Below are positions 10,375 through 19,436 of a stretch of DNA of 64,000 bases, piece by piece. A model generated the notes under the pieces. The model did not search any database. It saw nothing but the letters and a program-made list of their open reading frames with translations, and had not been told where the DNA came from. The position numbers and the translations under genes were made by a program. The DNA lies in contig JBBIPC010000001.1 of assembly GCA_037443035.1 (NCBI GenBank), forward strand, positions 256,001 to 320,000, written 5' to 3'. Every line of letters begins with the position of its first letter. Positions within the stretch are counted from its first letter, which is position 1. This stretch comes from Chthonomonadales bacterium (GTDB lineage Bacteria; Armatimonadota; Chthonomonadetes; Chthonomonadales; CAJBBX01).

Positions 10375-11369
10375 CAACAGACGCAGGGCAGACGACAGGC
10401 GGGACACCAGGGAGTCCTGCCAGTACCTCCCCCATCGCAGACCTGTCTTACCGGCACTATGAAGGCCCTTGGCGCTCGCACACGGTTCGTTGGTGGATCA
10501 TCGCGCTCTCTGGCATTCGTCCTGCGTTGCGCAAGTGGTGGTTCTGGCTTCTCGTCCTGCTATCTACAGGCCCGTATGTCTTGTGGGGCTTCTTGCTGTT
10601 CCTCGAAAGCCGTTTGGGGTCCGAGTTCCGCAGTGTCGCGTTCCAGACGCCACCCGAACAGCGCTTCGCTACGGTCTTCTTGCGCGCCTATGAGGGCAGC
10701 TTGTTCTGGATCATGATTCTTGCTCTCGTCCTGGGAGCCCCGAGCGTCGCTGCCGACAACCGCACGAATGCCCTCCAGGTGTATCTGTCCAAGCCAGTAA
10801 CGAAGTTGGACTACCTCCTCGGCAAATGGACTTCAGTGTTCGTCGTCGTTGCTCTCGCCATGCTCATCCCCTCAGGATTGCTGTTCGCGTATTGCATGCT
10901 GAGCTACTGGTCGGAAGGTTTCTTCCGCCACGAGCCTTGGCTCCTCCTTAAAGTTCTTTCGGCGGCTGTCGTCACTGCAAGCGCGTTTGCCTCGGTTTTC
11001 GTAGGCATCTCGGCCTGGTGCCGCTCGACCATGATGGCAGCGGCCGTCAGCGCGGGGCTCTACCTTGCCAGTCAGGTAGTAGCCTCGGTGCTATGGGTGG
11101 TGCTGAACTTCCGCGACCTGCAGTTTGGCAACGTCGCCGCGGACAGAACGCTTCAACACTCGTCTATAGGGGGTGTCATCAGCGGCGTTGTCTGGAATAT
11201 CTACGGTGTGGTCGTACGAGTGCCCATGCGCCATCGCGGACCGTTGGACATGGTGGATCTCCACGCTCCTCAGCTCTGGGTCATGCTCAGCGCATACTTG
11301 GTGCTCCTGGTGCTGGGAGTGTTGGCGGCCTTCTGGCGTGTGCGAGCTGTGGAGGTCATCACCTCGTGA
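10371..11369 (+). CDS. ABC-2 type transporter permease
   Basis: About 6 TM segments; DNRTNALQVYLSKPVTKLDYLLGK motif; overlaps both ATPase genes. Confidence 0.88.
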   Translation: MTTDAGQTTGGTPGSPASTSPIADLSYRHYEGPWRSHTVRWWIIALSGIRPALRKWWFWLLVLLSTGPYVLWGFLLFLESRLGSEFRSVAFQTPPEQRFATVFLRAYEGSLFWIMILALVLGAPSVAADNRTNALQVYLSKPVTKLDYLLGKWTSVFVVVALAMLIPSGLLFAYCMLSYWSEGFFRHEPWLLLKVLSAAVVTASAFASVFVGISAWCRSTMMAAAVSAGLYLASQVVASVLWVVLNFRDLQFGNVAADRTLQHSSIGGVISGVVWNIYGVVVRVPMRHRGPLDMVDLHAPQLWVMLSAYLVLLVLGVLAAFWRVRAVEVITS

Positions 11370-12286
11370 TTTCCCTGCGTCACGTGTCACGGTGGTACGG
11401 CCAGGTTCTTGGTGTGAACGATGTTACATGCAACCTCGGACCCGGACTGACGGCTCTGTTGGGCCCTAATGGGGCAGGCAAGTCGACACTCATCAAGCTC
11501 ATCACTGGCCAGCTCCGCCCGACGACCGGCGTAGTTTCCGTATTCGGGGAACGTCCATTCGGCAACACGGGCATCATGCGACGTATTGGCTATTGCCCTG
11601 AGATCGAGACTTGCTACGAGGAGATGACCGGTGGGGACTTCGTCCGCATGCTTGCAGCCATGGCTGGCATATCGAGAACGGAAGTCGAGAGCAAGGTCCG
11701 AGCCGCTCTCGAAGCCGTGCGGATGATGGAGCATGCGAGCCGGAGGATAGGAGCGTACTCCAAGGGCATGCGCCAACGGATCAAGATGGCCCAGGCGATC
11801 GTCCACGATCCCGAACTGTTGGTGCTGGATGAACCCCTCAATGGTCTGGATCCGGTGGGACGCCGTGAGATCACGGATCTCCTTGTCCGGTGGGCCGAGA
11901 TGGGTAGGTGCGTCCTCGTTTCGAGCCACATTCTCCATGAGGTGGAGCAAATGACGCGCAGCATTGTCCTCATGGATCGAGGACGGATCCGCGCAATGGG
12001 TGACATCTACCAGATCCGGGCGCTGATCGACTCTCATCCTCACCGTATCTCCATACGGGCTGAAGATGTACGAGGACTTGCGCGACGCCTGTTGGATATG
12101 CCCTATATCTTCAGCGTCCGTCTCTCCCAGCAGGACCCCAACGCTTTGGAGGTGGAAACGCCGTCGCCAGATCGTTTCTACGATGAGTTCCCGGCCATCG
12201 TCTTGAGGGACGGCTACAGAGTCTCTGCGTTCGAGTCCCCGGACAACAACCTCGAAGCTGTCTTCCAGTACCTGGTGAAGGGCTAG
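11366..12286 (+). CDS. ABC-2 type transporter ATP-binding protein
   Basis: GPNGAGKS, YSKGMRQR, VLDEP, SSH. GTG start in a GTGA overlap is preferred over the ORF-track start at 11018. Confidence 0.93.
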   Translation: MISLRHVSRWYGQVLGVNDVTCNLGPGLTALLGPNGAGKSTLIKLITGQLRPTTGVVSVFGERPFGNTGIMRRIGYCPEIETCYEEMTGGDFVRMLAAMAGISRTEVESKVRAALEAVRMMEHASRRIGAYSKGMRQRIKMAQAIVHDPELLVLDEPLNGLDPVGRREITDLLVRWAEMGRCVLVSSHILHEVEQMTRSIVLMDRGRIRAMGDIYQIRALIDSHPHRISIRAEDVRGLARRLLDMPYIFSVRLSQQDPNALEVETPSPDRFYDEFPAIVLRDGYRVSAFESPDNNLEAVFQYLVKG

Positions 12287-12295
12287 CTGGAGGCC

Positions 12296-13444
12296 ATGCT
12301 CGACATCTTTCTGATCCGTACCGCACTCAGGGACCTTCTGAAGGCTCGACGCCTTGCCGTCGCAGTGGTCTTGATCGTCGGTCCAGCGTTGATTGGCCTC
12401 GTGATTCGATTGGCGACGAGAGCACGATTCGATGGCGTCGCCACGTATGGCGCCCTGGCATCCCTGCTTGTCTTCGGTTTCGTTCTGCCCATCCTCGCAG
12501 TCGTGTTCGGCACTGGGGTGATTGCACAGGAGATGGAACAGAAGACGATAGTCTATCTGCTGACGAGACCGGTGCCGCGGTGGCGCATCTTGTTCGCCAA
12601 GTTCGTGGCGGCATGGCTTGTTGCGAGCATCACTGCGATTCTGGCGACCGTGCTTCTGGGCACGGTGACCAACCAGCCCAATGCCCAGACAGGCCGAGCC
12701 CGAATCTATCCGGAAGTGATCCGGGACGCCAAGGGTCTATGCTCTGCCCTCCAGCTCCCTGAGACGCCAGTGGCCGAGTACTTGTCCAGTCAGCTCTCGG
12801 CGCGAAGTCTTCGACTGCTGAATGCGTGGGACCCCGGGACTACGCCTGGCCGTAGGCTGGTTCAGTCCCTTATCAATGATCTAAACAGGATCATCGCCCA
12901 CGACGAGAACCTATACCGTCCGGAACGTTTCTCGGCAATACAGTTGCCGGAGGACGTCCGCCAGCTCGTTGCCGAAAGACCTGAAGGCGAGAACCTGGCC
13001 AGACGCAACCGTCTTCTTCTAGAGGTGGCCTTTCCAGGGGTATTCGCACCCATGCGGACTACCATCTCGCAGCTGCCGAGAGACATGCTCGTGCTTCCGC
13101 TAGGTGCGTTGGCCTACGCAGCCATCTCGCTCTTGCTGGCGACACTGTTCTCGCGAGCCTTGATCGTTGGTCTGTTCCTGGCATTCGGATGGGAATCCTG
13201 GGTGCCCATGCTTCCAGGCAACTTCAAGCTGGTCTCGGCGATGACCTACCTCCGCGCTCTCGCTCCGCACGCGCGGCCCGAAGTTGCCACCCCGGATCTC
13301 ATGAGCTTCTTCAGCGCCATGAATCCCGAGAGTGTTCCCGCAAACGTAGCGTGGATCGTGCTCCTGAGCATCGGCGTCGTAAGCCTCGTGCTGGCCATGT
13401 TCGTGTTCTCGCTGCGTGAGTACGTGCCGAAAGACGACGCGTGA
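12296..13444 (+). CDS. ABC-2 type transporter permease with a soluble insertion
   Basis: EMEQKTIVYLLTRPVPRWRILFAKF motif; TM helices flank a hydrophilic segment of about 125 aa; GGAGG RBS. Confidence 0.87.
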   Translation: MLDIFLIRTALRDLLKARRLAVAVVLIVGPALIGLVIRLATRARFDGVATYGALASLLVFGFVLPILAVVFGTGVIAQEMEQKTIVYLLTRPVPRWRILFAKFVAAWLVASITAILATVLLGTVTNQPNAQTGRARIYPEVIRDAKGLCSALQLPETPVAEYLSSQLSARSLRLLNAWDPGTTPGRRLVQSLINDLNRIIAHDENLYRPERFSAIQLPEDVRQLVAERPEGENLARRNRLLLEVAFPGVFAPMRTTISQLPRDMLVLPLGALAYAAISLLLATLFSRALIVGLFLAFGWESWVPMLPGNFKLVSAMTYLRALAPHARPEVATPDLMSFFSAMNPESVPANVAWIVLLSIGVVSLVLAMFVFSLREYVPKDDA

Positions 13445-13475
13445 GGTACAAAGCCAGACCCCTCGTAGCTTTCCG

Positions 13476-13505
13476 TTGACACTCGTCGTCTCGCATGGCT
13501 ATACT
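13476..13505 (+). promoter_or_regulatory. Sigma70-type promoter of tyrS
   Basis: TTGACA-N18-TATACT, ending 23 nt before the ATG. Confidence 0.7.
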
Positions 13506-13528
13506 GAGCGTACCACCCGACGAACGGC

Positions 13529-14797
13529 ATGGATCGAACCGGTGGTCACTGCCCAGACGTAGCGAGGTACCCCGACTTGGACATACCTGAGCAGGTTGCG
13601 CTGCTCATGCGCGGTACGACCGCCATCATTCCCGAGAACGGCCTCGAGCACAAGCTCCGAGCTGCTGCCGCGGCCCGCCGTCCTCTCATCGTTAAGCTCG
13701 GCCTCGATCCGACGGCGCCCGACATCCATCTCGGTAGCGCTGTCGTGCTACGGAAACTTCGCCAGTTCCAGGATCTCGGCCACCAGGTCGTCATCATCAT
13801 CGGCGACTTCACCGCCATGATTGGTGACCCGACAGGAAAGAGCGAGACACGCAGACAGCTTACGCGAGACGAAGTGACCGCAAACGCGCGAACCTACCAG
13901 GAGCAGTACTGCAGAATCCTGGATCCGGCCAGGACCAGTGTGCGGTTCAACAGCGAGTGGCTAGGCAGTATGGATTTCTATGACGTGATCCGGCTGGCAG
14001 CTCGGATGACGGTGGCCCAAGTCATGGAGCGGGACGACTTCGCCAACCGATGGAAAGAGGGGCGCACCATCAGCCTGCATGAGCTCCTGTATCCCCTCTG
14101 TCAGGCGTACGACTCCGTTGCCTTGCATGCCGACATCGAAATGGGCGGCACGGACCAGATGTTCAATATCCTCGCTGGCAGGGATCTCCAGACGCAGTTC
14201 GGTCAGGAGCCCCAGGTCGCCATGTTCATGCCATTGCTCGTCGGTCTGGACGGTGTGAACAAGATGTCCAAGTCGCTCGGCAACTATGTCGGTATTACAG
14301 AGGCGCCCGACGTCATCTATGGCAAGATCATGTCCATCAGCGACGATCTCATGCCGACGTATTTCGAGCTAGCCACTGAAGTACCAATGGACGAAGTGCG
14401 ATCCTTGATGGCCGACGTCCGGGCAGGTCGGGTCCACCCTAAGGATGCGAAGAAGCGTCTGGCTCGCGAGATCGTGACGATGTACCATAGTGCGGAGGCG
14501 GCGACCGTCGCAGAGGAGGAGTTCGAGAGAGTTCATGCGCATGGAGACGTCCCGACCGACATCCCTGAGTACGACATCCCCGAAAGTGTTTTCCGAGACG
14601 GCCGCGCATGGATCTGCCGTGTGCTCACGTTGGTGGGGTTTGCCAAGGGCACCGGTGAAGCACGACGCCTTGTGGAGCAAGGGGGCGTCTCGATCAACCA
14701 GGCCCGAGTGACATCGCCCGATGCCGAGTTCACCCGCGAGGAGCTCCGTGGGGCCGTGGTTCGAGTCGGTAACCGGCGTTTCGCACGGCTCGTGTAG
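13529..14797 (+). CDS. tyrS: Tyrosine--tRNA ligase
   Basis: KLGLDPTAPDIHLGS (HIGH-like), IGDPTGKS, YPLCQAYDS, GGTDQ, KMSKS; C-terminal S4 domain. Confidence 0.97.
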   Translation: MDRTGGHCPDVARYPDLDIPEQVALLMRGTTAIIPENGLEHKLRAAAAARRPLIVKLGLDPTAPDIHLGSAVVLRKLRQFQDLGHQVVIIIGDFTAMIGDPTGKSETRRQLTRDEVTANARTYQEQYCRILDPARTSVRFNSEWLGSMDFYDVIRLAARMTVAQVMERDDFANRWKEGRTISLHELLYPLCQAYDSVALHADIEMGGTDQMFNILAGRDLQTQFGQEPQVAMFMPLLVGLDGVNKMSKSLGNYVGITEAPDVIYGKIMSISDDLMPTYFELATEVPMDEVRSLMADVRAGRVHPKDAKKRLAREIVTMYHSAEAATVAEEEFERVHAHGDVPTDIPEYDIPESVFRDGRAWICRVLTLVGFAKGTGEARRLVEQGGVSINQARVTSPDAEFTREELRGAVVRVGNRRFARLV

Positions 14798-14928
14798 CCG
14801 CGAGTAGCAGTAATGCGGCCGTCGAGTCTTCGCTCCTGGCACACTTCAAAGGTGCGGATGGCACGTAGTCGGACATCCCCAGACCTCTATTCCGTACTCG
14901 TCACCCAGGGGCTTCCAGGCTGACCTCG

Positions 14929-16275
14929 ATGCTGGCGACTGAGCCAACTCCCGCCGGTGGGTGCGTCTCCAGTCCGGGCGCAGGTCCTGCCCTAGAGGTC
15001 GCGGACCTAGGTGGAGGCTACCTCAACCGTCGGGTGATCCAGAACGTTGCGTTTTCCGTCGGGACCGGCGAGCTAGTCGGTCTCATCGGCCCCAACGGCG
15101 CGGGCAAGTCCACGCTTCTGCGGTTGCTATCGGGTGTGCTGGCGCCGTGGACAGGTCGCGTCGTCGTGCTCGGACGAGATCTGGCATCCTATGGAACCCG
15201 TCAGCTCGCTCGGACCATTGCCTATGTGCCCCAATCAGAGCCGGCGCTTTTCGACTTCACCGTCCGCCAAGTAGTCATGATGGGCCGGCATCCCTACGTC
15301 TCCCGGTTCTCCGGCGAACACCCGGAAGACTATCGGATAGTCTCCCGGTCCATGGCGCTCGCCGATATCGTCCATCTTGCAGACAGACCGGTGACGACCC
15401 TTTCTGGAGGCGAGCATCGTCGCGTGCTCATCGCTAGAGCGATCGCCCAGCAGACACCTCTGCTCCTGCTCGACGAGCCTACCGCACATCTGGATCTGGC
15501 CCATCAGAGCGACATACTCGCTCTCATGGCAGACCTCTGCCGCGAGACACGGGCGACGGTCCTAGCAGCGTTGCACGACCTCAACCTCGCGGCGGATCAT
15601 TGCAACCGCCTCCTCCTGCTTGCCCATGGGCGGCTTCTTGCCGATGGATCGCCGGAGTCCGTGTTGCAACCAGATACGCTGGAGGATGTATACGGAGTCC
15701 CCGTAGCGGTGACACGGAACCCGCTGACGGGTCGCCCCCTTGCAAGTCCCCTCCGACGACAGACCCGTGAGAGCGGCCAGGGCGACTACCGTGTCCACGT
15801 GATCTGCGGCGGAGGAACTGGCGTCGAGGTGATGTCGGAACTGGCACGTTTGGGCCACGACGTGTCCGTCGGTGTGCTGAACCGACTCGATTCGGACCAT
15901 GAAGCGGCCGCCGCGCTGCGTATTCCCTGTATCGAGGAAGCACCGTTCTCGCCCATCAGTGACGGAGCGTTGGAGCGCGCCTATCAGACGGCTCGTGGGG
16001 CTCAGGTGGTCGTTGTCACAAGCATGCCGTTGGGCAGGGGTAACGTGCGTAACCTCGAACTCGCACAGCGCCTCGTGCAGGAAGGTCTCGGACTCGTTAT
16101 CCTAGAGGAAACACCGGTTGCCAACCGTGATTTCACTGGCGGGACGGGTGCACGGCTCTGGCATGAGCTCGCGGCAGCGGCTTTCGCTGTTACGGATACC
16201 AGCGACGGCGTAATTCGAGCACTCCGCCGCTTGCGCTCCGGCGGCCAGAGCGAGCGGGCCGCCGCGAGGCACTAA
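14929..16275 (+). CDS. Cobalamin/Fe-siderophore-type ABC ATPase (BtuD/FecE-like) with a C-terminal extension
   Basis: GPNGAGKS, AYVPQ, MGRHPY, LSGGE, LLDEPTAHLD, LHDLNLA; extra ~160 aa starting RVHVICGGG. Confidence 0.88.
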   Translation: MLATEPTPAGGCVSSPGAGPALEVADLGGGYLNRRVIQNVAFSVGTGELVGLIGPNGAGKSTLLRLLSGVLAPWTGRVVVLGRDLASYGTRQLARTIAYVPQSEPALFDFTVRQVVMMGRHPYVSRFSGEHPEDYRIVSRSMALADIVHLADRPVTTLSGGEHRRVLIARAIAQQTPLLLLDEPTAHLDLAHQSDILALMADLCRETRATVLAALHDLNLAADHCNRLLLLAHGRLLADGSPESVLQPDTLEDVYGVPVAVTRNPLTGRPLASPLRRQTRESGQGDYRVHVICGGGTGVEVMSELARLGHDVSVGVLNRLDSDHEAAAALRIPCIEEAPFSPISDGALERAYQTARGAQVVVVTSMPLGRGNVRNLELAQRLVQEGLGLVILEETPVANRDFTGGTGARLWHELAAAAFAVTDTSDGVIRALRRLRSGGQSERAAARH

Positions 16276-17099
16276 CGTCTGTGGCGATCGGCCAGATGCT
16301 TGCGCAGCAAGGCTTCCAGGATATCCGCCACATGCAGTTGTGCGGTAGCCCCGAGCCTCTGGGCGAGGCCCGGCGCAATCTTCGCTTCAAGTCGCAGTGC
16401 GATGTACGCCTGGACGGGAATGGCGAGCGTCCGCCGCCGCTCGACGAAACGCCTGAGTGCGGCGACCTGATGTGAGTCGAGGTCTGGTAGCGGAGGAATT
16501 CGCTCCATCCAAGCGACAACCGCCGGAGAAGCTTCGGTCGCTAACGAAACAGAAGGCAGTGGTCGGCGACGTTCCTTGATGACCACTGTGCCGGCAGCCC
16601 AGTCGCCTAGTCGCTTGTGCTCAGCACTCACGAACATGCTGATGACGCCTGCTCCGTAGATGGGTGGCAGCAGATCCGCCATCCTGACAATATTGCGGAC
16701 GACGGCAGCGAAGAGGTCAACGGGGTATCCGCCGTCCCTCACAACCCGGATTCCCGCGACACGCTTGCCAGGTGTAGCTCCAGCCCACCAGACCTCGAAG
16801 ACGATGAAGTATCCCCAGAAGACGATGAATAGCCACACCGACGAGCCGGCAAGGAACCAGTAAGGCGGTGTTTTCGCGAATACGCTCCCCAATTGGCCCA
16901 GTCCGAAACTCAGCACAGCGATCACGAACACACCGACGAGCATCAGTACTAGTTGGAGCAGGTGGTCTACGGCCACAGCGATGAAACGCGAACCGACGCC
17001 GGCGAGTTCGTAGCCAACCTCGACATTCTCCGGCGTGACAACAATCAGTTGGTGTTTGGGTAGCGCTGTATGATTTGCTGTCATGGGACGCTGTGTCAC
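16272..17099 (-). CDS. RDD family membrane protein
   Basis: TPENVEVGYELAGVGSRFIAVAVD, GATPGKR...IRVVR, RNIVRMAD, KRLGDWAAGTVV. Start could be ATG 17084. Confidence 0.9.
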   Translation of the reverse strand: MTQRPMTANHTALPKHQLIVVTPENVEVGYELAGVGSRFIAVAVDHLLQLVLMLVGVFVIAVLSFGLGQLGSVFAKTPPYWFLAGSSVWLFIVFWGYFIVFEVWWAGATPGKRVAGIRVVRDGGYPVDLFAAVVRNIVRMADLLPPIYGAGVISMFVSAEHKRLGDWAAGTVVIKERRRPLPSVSLATEASPAVVAWMERIPPLPDLDSHQVAALRRFVERRRTLAIPVQAYIALRLEAKIAPGLAQRLGATAQLHVADILEALLRKHLADRHRR

Positions 17100-17155
17100 C
17101 TAGGGTAGGTTCGACGGGTATGATGACACACCTTGCCGGGAATAGGTGTCGCCCA

Positions 17156-18169
17156 ATGGATGAGACGGCCTTTCTGGACAACCGTCGAAAGGACTGGGAG
17201 CGGCTCGACAGTATCGTGAGGCGGGCGGTCCAATCGTCTGCCGGCGTGAAGCGCCTGTCGCGGGAAGACGTGCGTGAGTTCGGACCTCTGTACCGGCGAG
17301 TAGCTGCTGACCTGGCCTACAGCCGAACTCAAGGTGCCTCTGAAAACCTCGCAGGGTATCTGAATGACCTGGTAGCCGCGGCCCACGCCCTCCTGTATGC
17401 AACGGATCGGCGGAGTTGGCATGGTCTTGCCACATTCTTCGCTGCAGAGCTTCCACGGACCTTCCGAAGACGCCTGCCTTTCTTCTGGGCGGCGCTAGTT
17501 CTGACGCTGGGGGGCGCCGTGCTGTCCTATGCCATGGTCATGGTTTCGAAAGAGAACGTGGACTTCATCGTGCCACACGATCACATGCTGCGAAGCTCGC
17601 TGGACGCGTGGGTCAGCGGCCAGACGACGAGGAATGCTTCTGACCCTGAGTCAGTGGTCTATGCGACAGGTCTGATGGTCAACAATATCCAAGTTAGCTT
17701 CAATGCGTTCGCATTGGGTGTCCTTGGTGGTTTCCTGACTGCGTACGTTCTGTTCTTCAACGGCATGATACTGGGTGCGTTCGCTGCCATGGTCACGCAT
17801 GCGGGGACTCAGCATGCTTTCTGGTTGGGTGTCTTGCCCCACGGCGTCGTTGAGATCAGCGAGATACTCATTGCCGGGGCGGCGGGGCTGACGCTCGGCT
17901 GGGCCGTCCTGGCGCCAGGCAGAAGCCGTCGTCGAGACGCCTTGGCCGAAGCGGCACGAGATTCGGTGCGGCTGGTCTTAGGGGGTGTGATCCTACTCGT
18001 CTTCGCCGGCCTGACGGAGGGCTTTGTGTCCCACTCTACGCTCCCGGCGCCCGTGAAGCTCGCCATTGCGTTACTGAGTGGCGTCACTCTCTACGTGTAT
18101 CTATTTGGTGCCGGCCGGACCACTTCTACAGAAGCTGACGTCTCTTCAGATCGAGATACCGTTCAATGA
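17156..18169 (+). CDS. Stage II sporulation protein M (DUF95) family membrane protein
   Basis: LYRRVAADLAY, YLNDLV, NNIQVSF, FNGMILG, LPHGVVEI, AGLTEGFV; the usual divergent partner of RDD genes. Start set at MDETAF. Confidence 0.9.
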   Translation: MDETAFLDNRRKDWERLDSIVRRAVQSSAGVKRLSREDVREFGPLYRRVAADLAYSRTQGASENLAGYLNDLVAAAHALLYATDRRSWHGLATFFAAELPRTFRRRLPFFWAALVLTLGGAVLSYAMVMVSKENVDFIVPHDHMLRSSLDAWVSGQTTRNASDPESVVYATGLMVNNIQVSFNAFALGVLGGFLTAYVLFFNGMILGAFAAMVTHAGTQHAFWLGVLPHGVVEISEILIAGAAGLTLGWAVLAPGRSRRRDALAEAARDSVRLVLGGVILLVFAGLTEGFVSHSTLPAPVKLAIALLSGVTLYVYLFGAGRTTSTEADVSSDRDTVQ

Positions 18170-19436
18170 GATCTGCCGATACTCGGTCTGCGTCGCTGTC
18201 CACCACAGCTATTCCGCGAGCGCTCAGAAGACGCAATGCACGGCTCCGGTCCAGTAGAAGTTGCCTTGCCACGGCCTGTTCGTAAGCATCCCGGACGTTA
18301 CCAACGTCCTGCAGTACGCGCTTGGCTAGATTGGCGTCCTTGAGCGTCACGCAGACAGCAAGGTGCTGCGGCGACAGACGGCAAACTTGCTGCCGCATGA
18401 CCGCGGAAGTATCCGGGTCCCACACATCTGTGAATAGGACAACCAAGGAGCGCGTGCGGCATTGTTCTTTCAGCAGATCAACCGCAAGTTGGTAGTCGGC
18501 TTCGACCCGACGTCCTTCAGCGGCATTCAGAGCTTCTACGACCGCACACAAGTGCGTCCGCCCGCGGTGCGGTCGCAGCCACACTCGGATCCCGTCATCG
18601 AACAACAGGACGCCGATTCTGTCGTCGCAGACCCCGGCGGTCTGTACTAGCGTGAGCGCCGCCCTGATGGCATGTTCGACTTTGGGCACCGCGTCAATGT
18701 CCGCGAGCATCGTCCGGCCCAGGTCGAATCCAAGAATGAGGTTCTGGCTTCGCTCCACCTGGTACTCGCGTGTCGTCAGCTTGCCCCGGCGCGCAGTTGC
18801 CTTCCAGTCGATACGGCGAAAGTCATCGTCTACGAGGTAGTCCCGCAGCGACTCGAACTCCCGCCCCTGGCCGCGCGCAGGCAGAAGGCGTCCGCCATGC
18901 CTAAGCGTGCGACTGCGGAAGAACAAAGCAGAGGAGGTGGATGGCACAGGCAGCACTGTATATACGCGGACATCTGTCAGAGCAGGATATCGGTAGATGC
19001 GCGCAACGCATCCAAGCCATCCGCTGATCCTCAGCCACACATCGCCGAACGAGTACGTGCCTCGCGACGTTGCCCGGATGGTGTATTCCAGGCGATGCAT
19101 CTCACCTGGTCGCAAGAAGAGCTCGCCCTCTTCGGCACTGCTCACGAACGACCCGGGTACCTCATCGCGCACGATGGCGTGCCAAGCCCTCGTGCTGCTG
19201 TTCGACACCAACAGGCCCACAACGTGTGGATCCTTTGTCCGGATACGTGTTGGCACGTCTCGCGTTACGCGGAACGCCTCACCGTCCGGCAGCATGATGA
19301 TATCTGCGACCACGGCTGCACACGACAGGAACGCCATGAGAGCTCCCGCAGTGCCGAAGAGCGAGTGAACAGTCCCGAGCGCCACCAGTACCGCGCTGAC
19401 GACGACGAGAGCGAACCAGCGTGGGAGGAGGATCAT
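18126..19436 (-). CDS. DUF58 (VWA-like) domain protein
   Basis: RGTYSFG, EFESLRDY, DDFRRIDWKATARR, DLGRTM, DDRIG, RSLVVLFTD. Confidence 0.92.
   Translation of the reverse strand: MILLPRWFALVVVSAVLVALGTVHSLFGTAGALMAFLSCAAVVADIIMLPDGEAFRVTRDVPTRIRTKDPHVVGLLVSNSSTRAWHAIVRDEVPGSFVSSAEEGELFLRPGEMHRLEYTIRATSRGTYSFGDVWLRISGWLGCVARIYRYPALTDVRVYTVLPVPSTSSALFFRSRTLRHGGRLLPARGQGREFESLRDYLVDDDFRRIDWKATARRGKLTTREYQVERSQNLILGFDLGRTMLADIDAVPKVEHAIRAALTLVQTAGVCDDRIGVLLFDDGIRVWLRPHRGRTHLCAVVEALNAAEGRRVEADYQLAVDLLKEQCRTRSLVVLFTDVWDPDTSAVMRQQVCRLSPQHLAVCVTLKDANLAKRVLQDVGNVRDAYEQAVARQLLLDRSRALRLLSARGIAVVDSDADRVSADLIERYLDLKRRQLL

Noticed and set aside
13445..13528. T-box leader before tyrS
   Set aside because: Only 84 nt intergenic, with the promoter 23 nt from the ATG; no AAGGTGGTACC-like T-box.
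14798..14928. Cobalamin riboswitch upstream of the BtuD-like ATPase
   Set aside because: Contains AGGTGC and AGACCT fragments but lacks the GGGAA and GCCACTG/B12-box core, and the region is short.
17156..18169. Sporulation inferred from the SpoIIM-family gene
   Set aside because: This DUF95-type family with RDD/DUF58 partners is widespread in non-sporulating bacteria, and no other spo genes are present.
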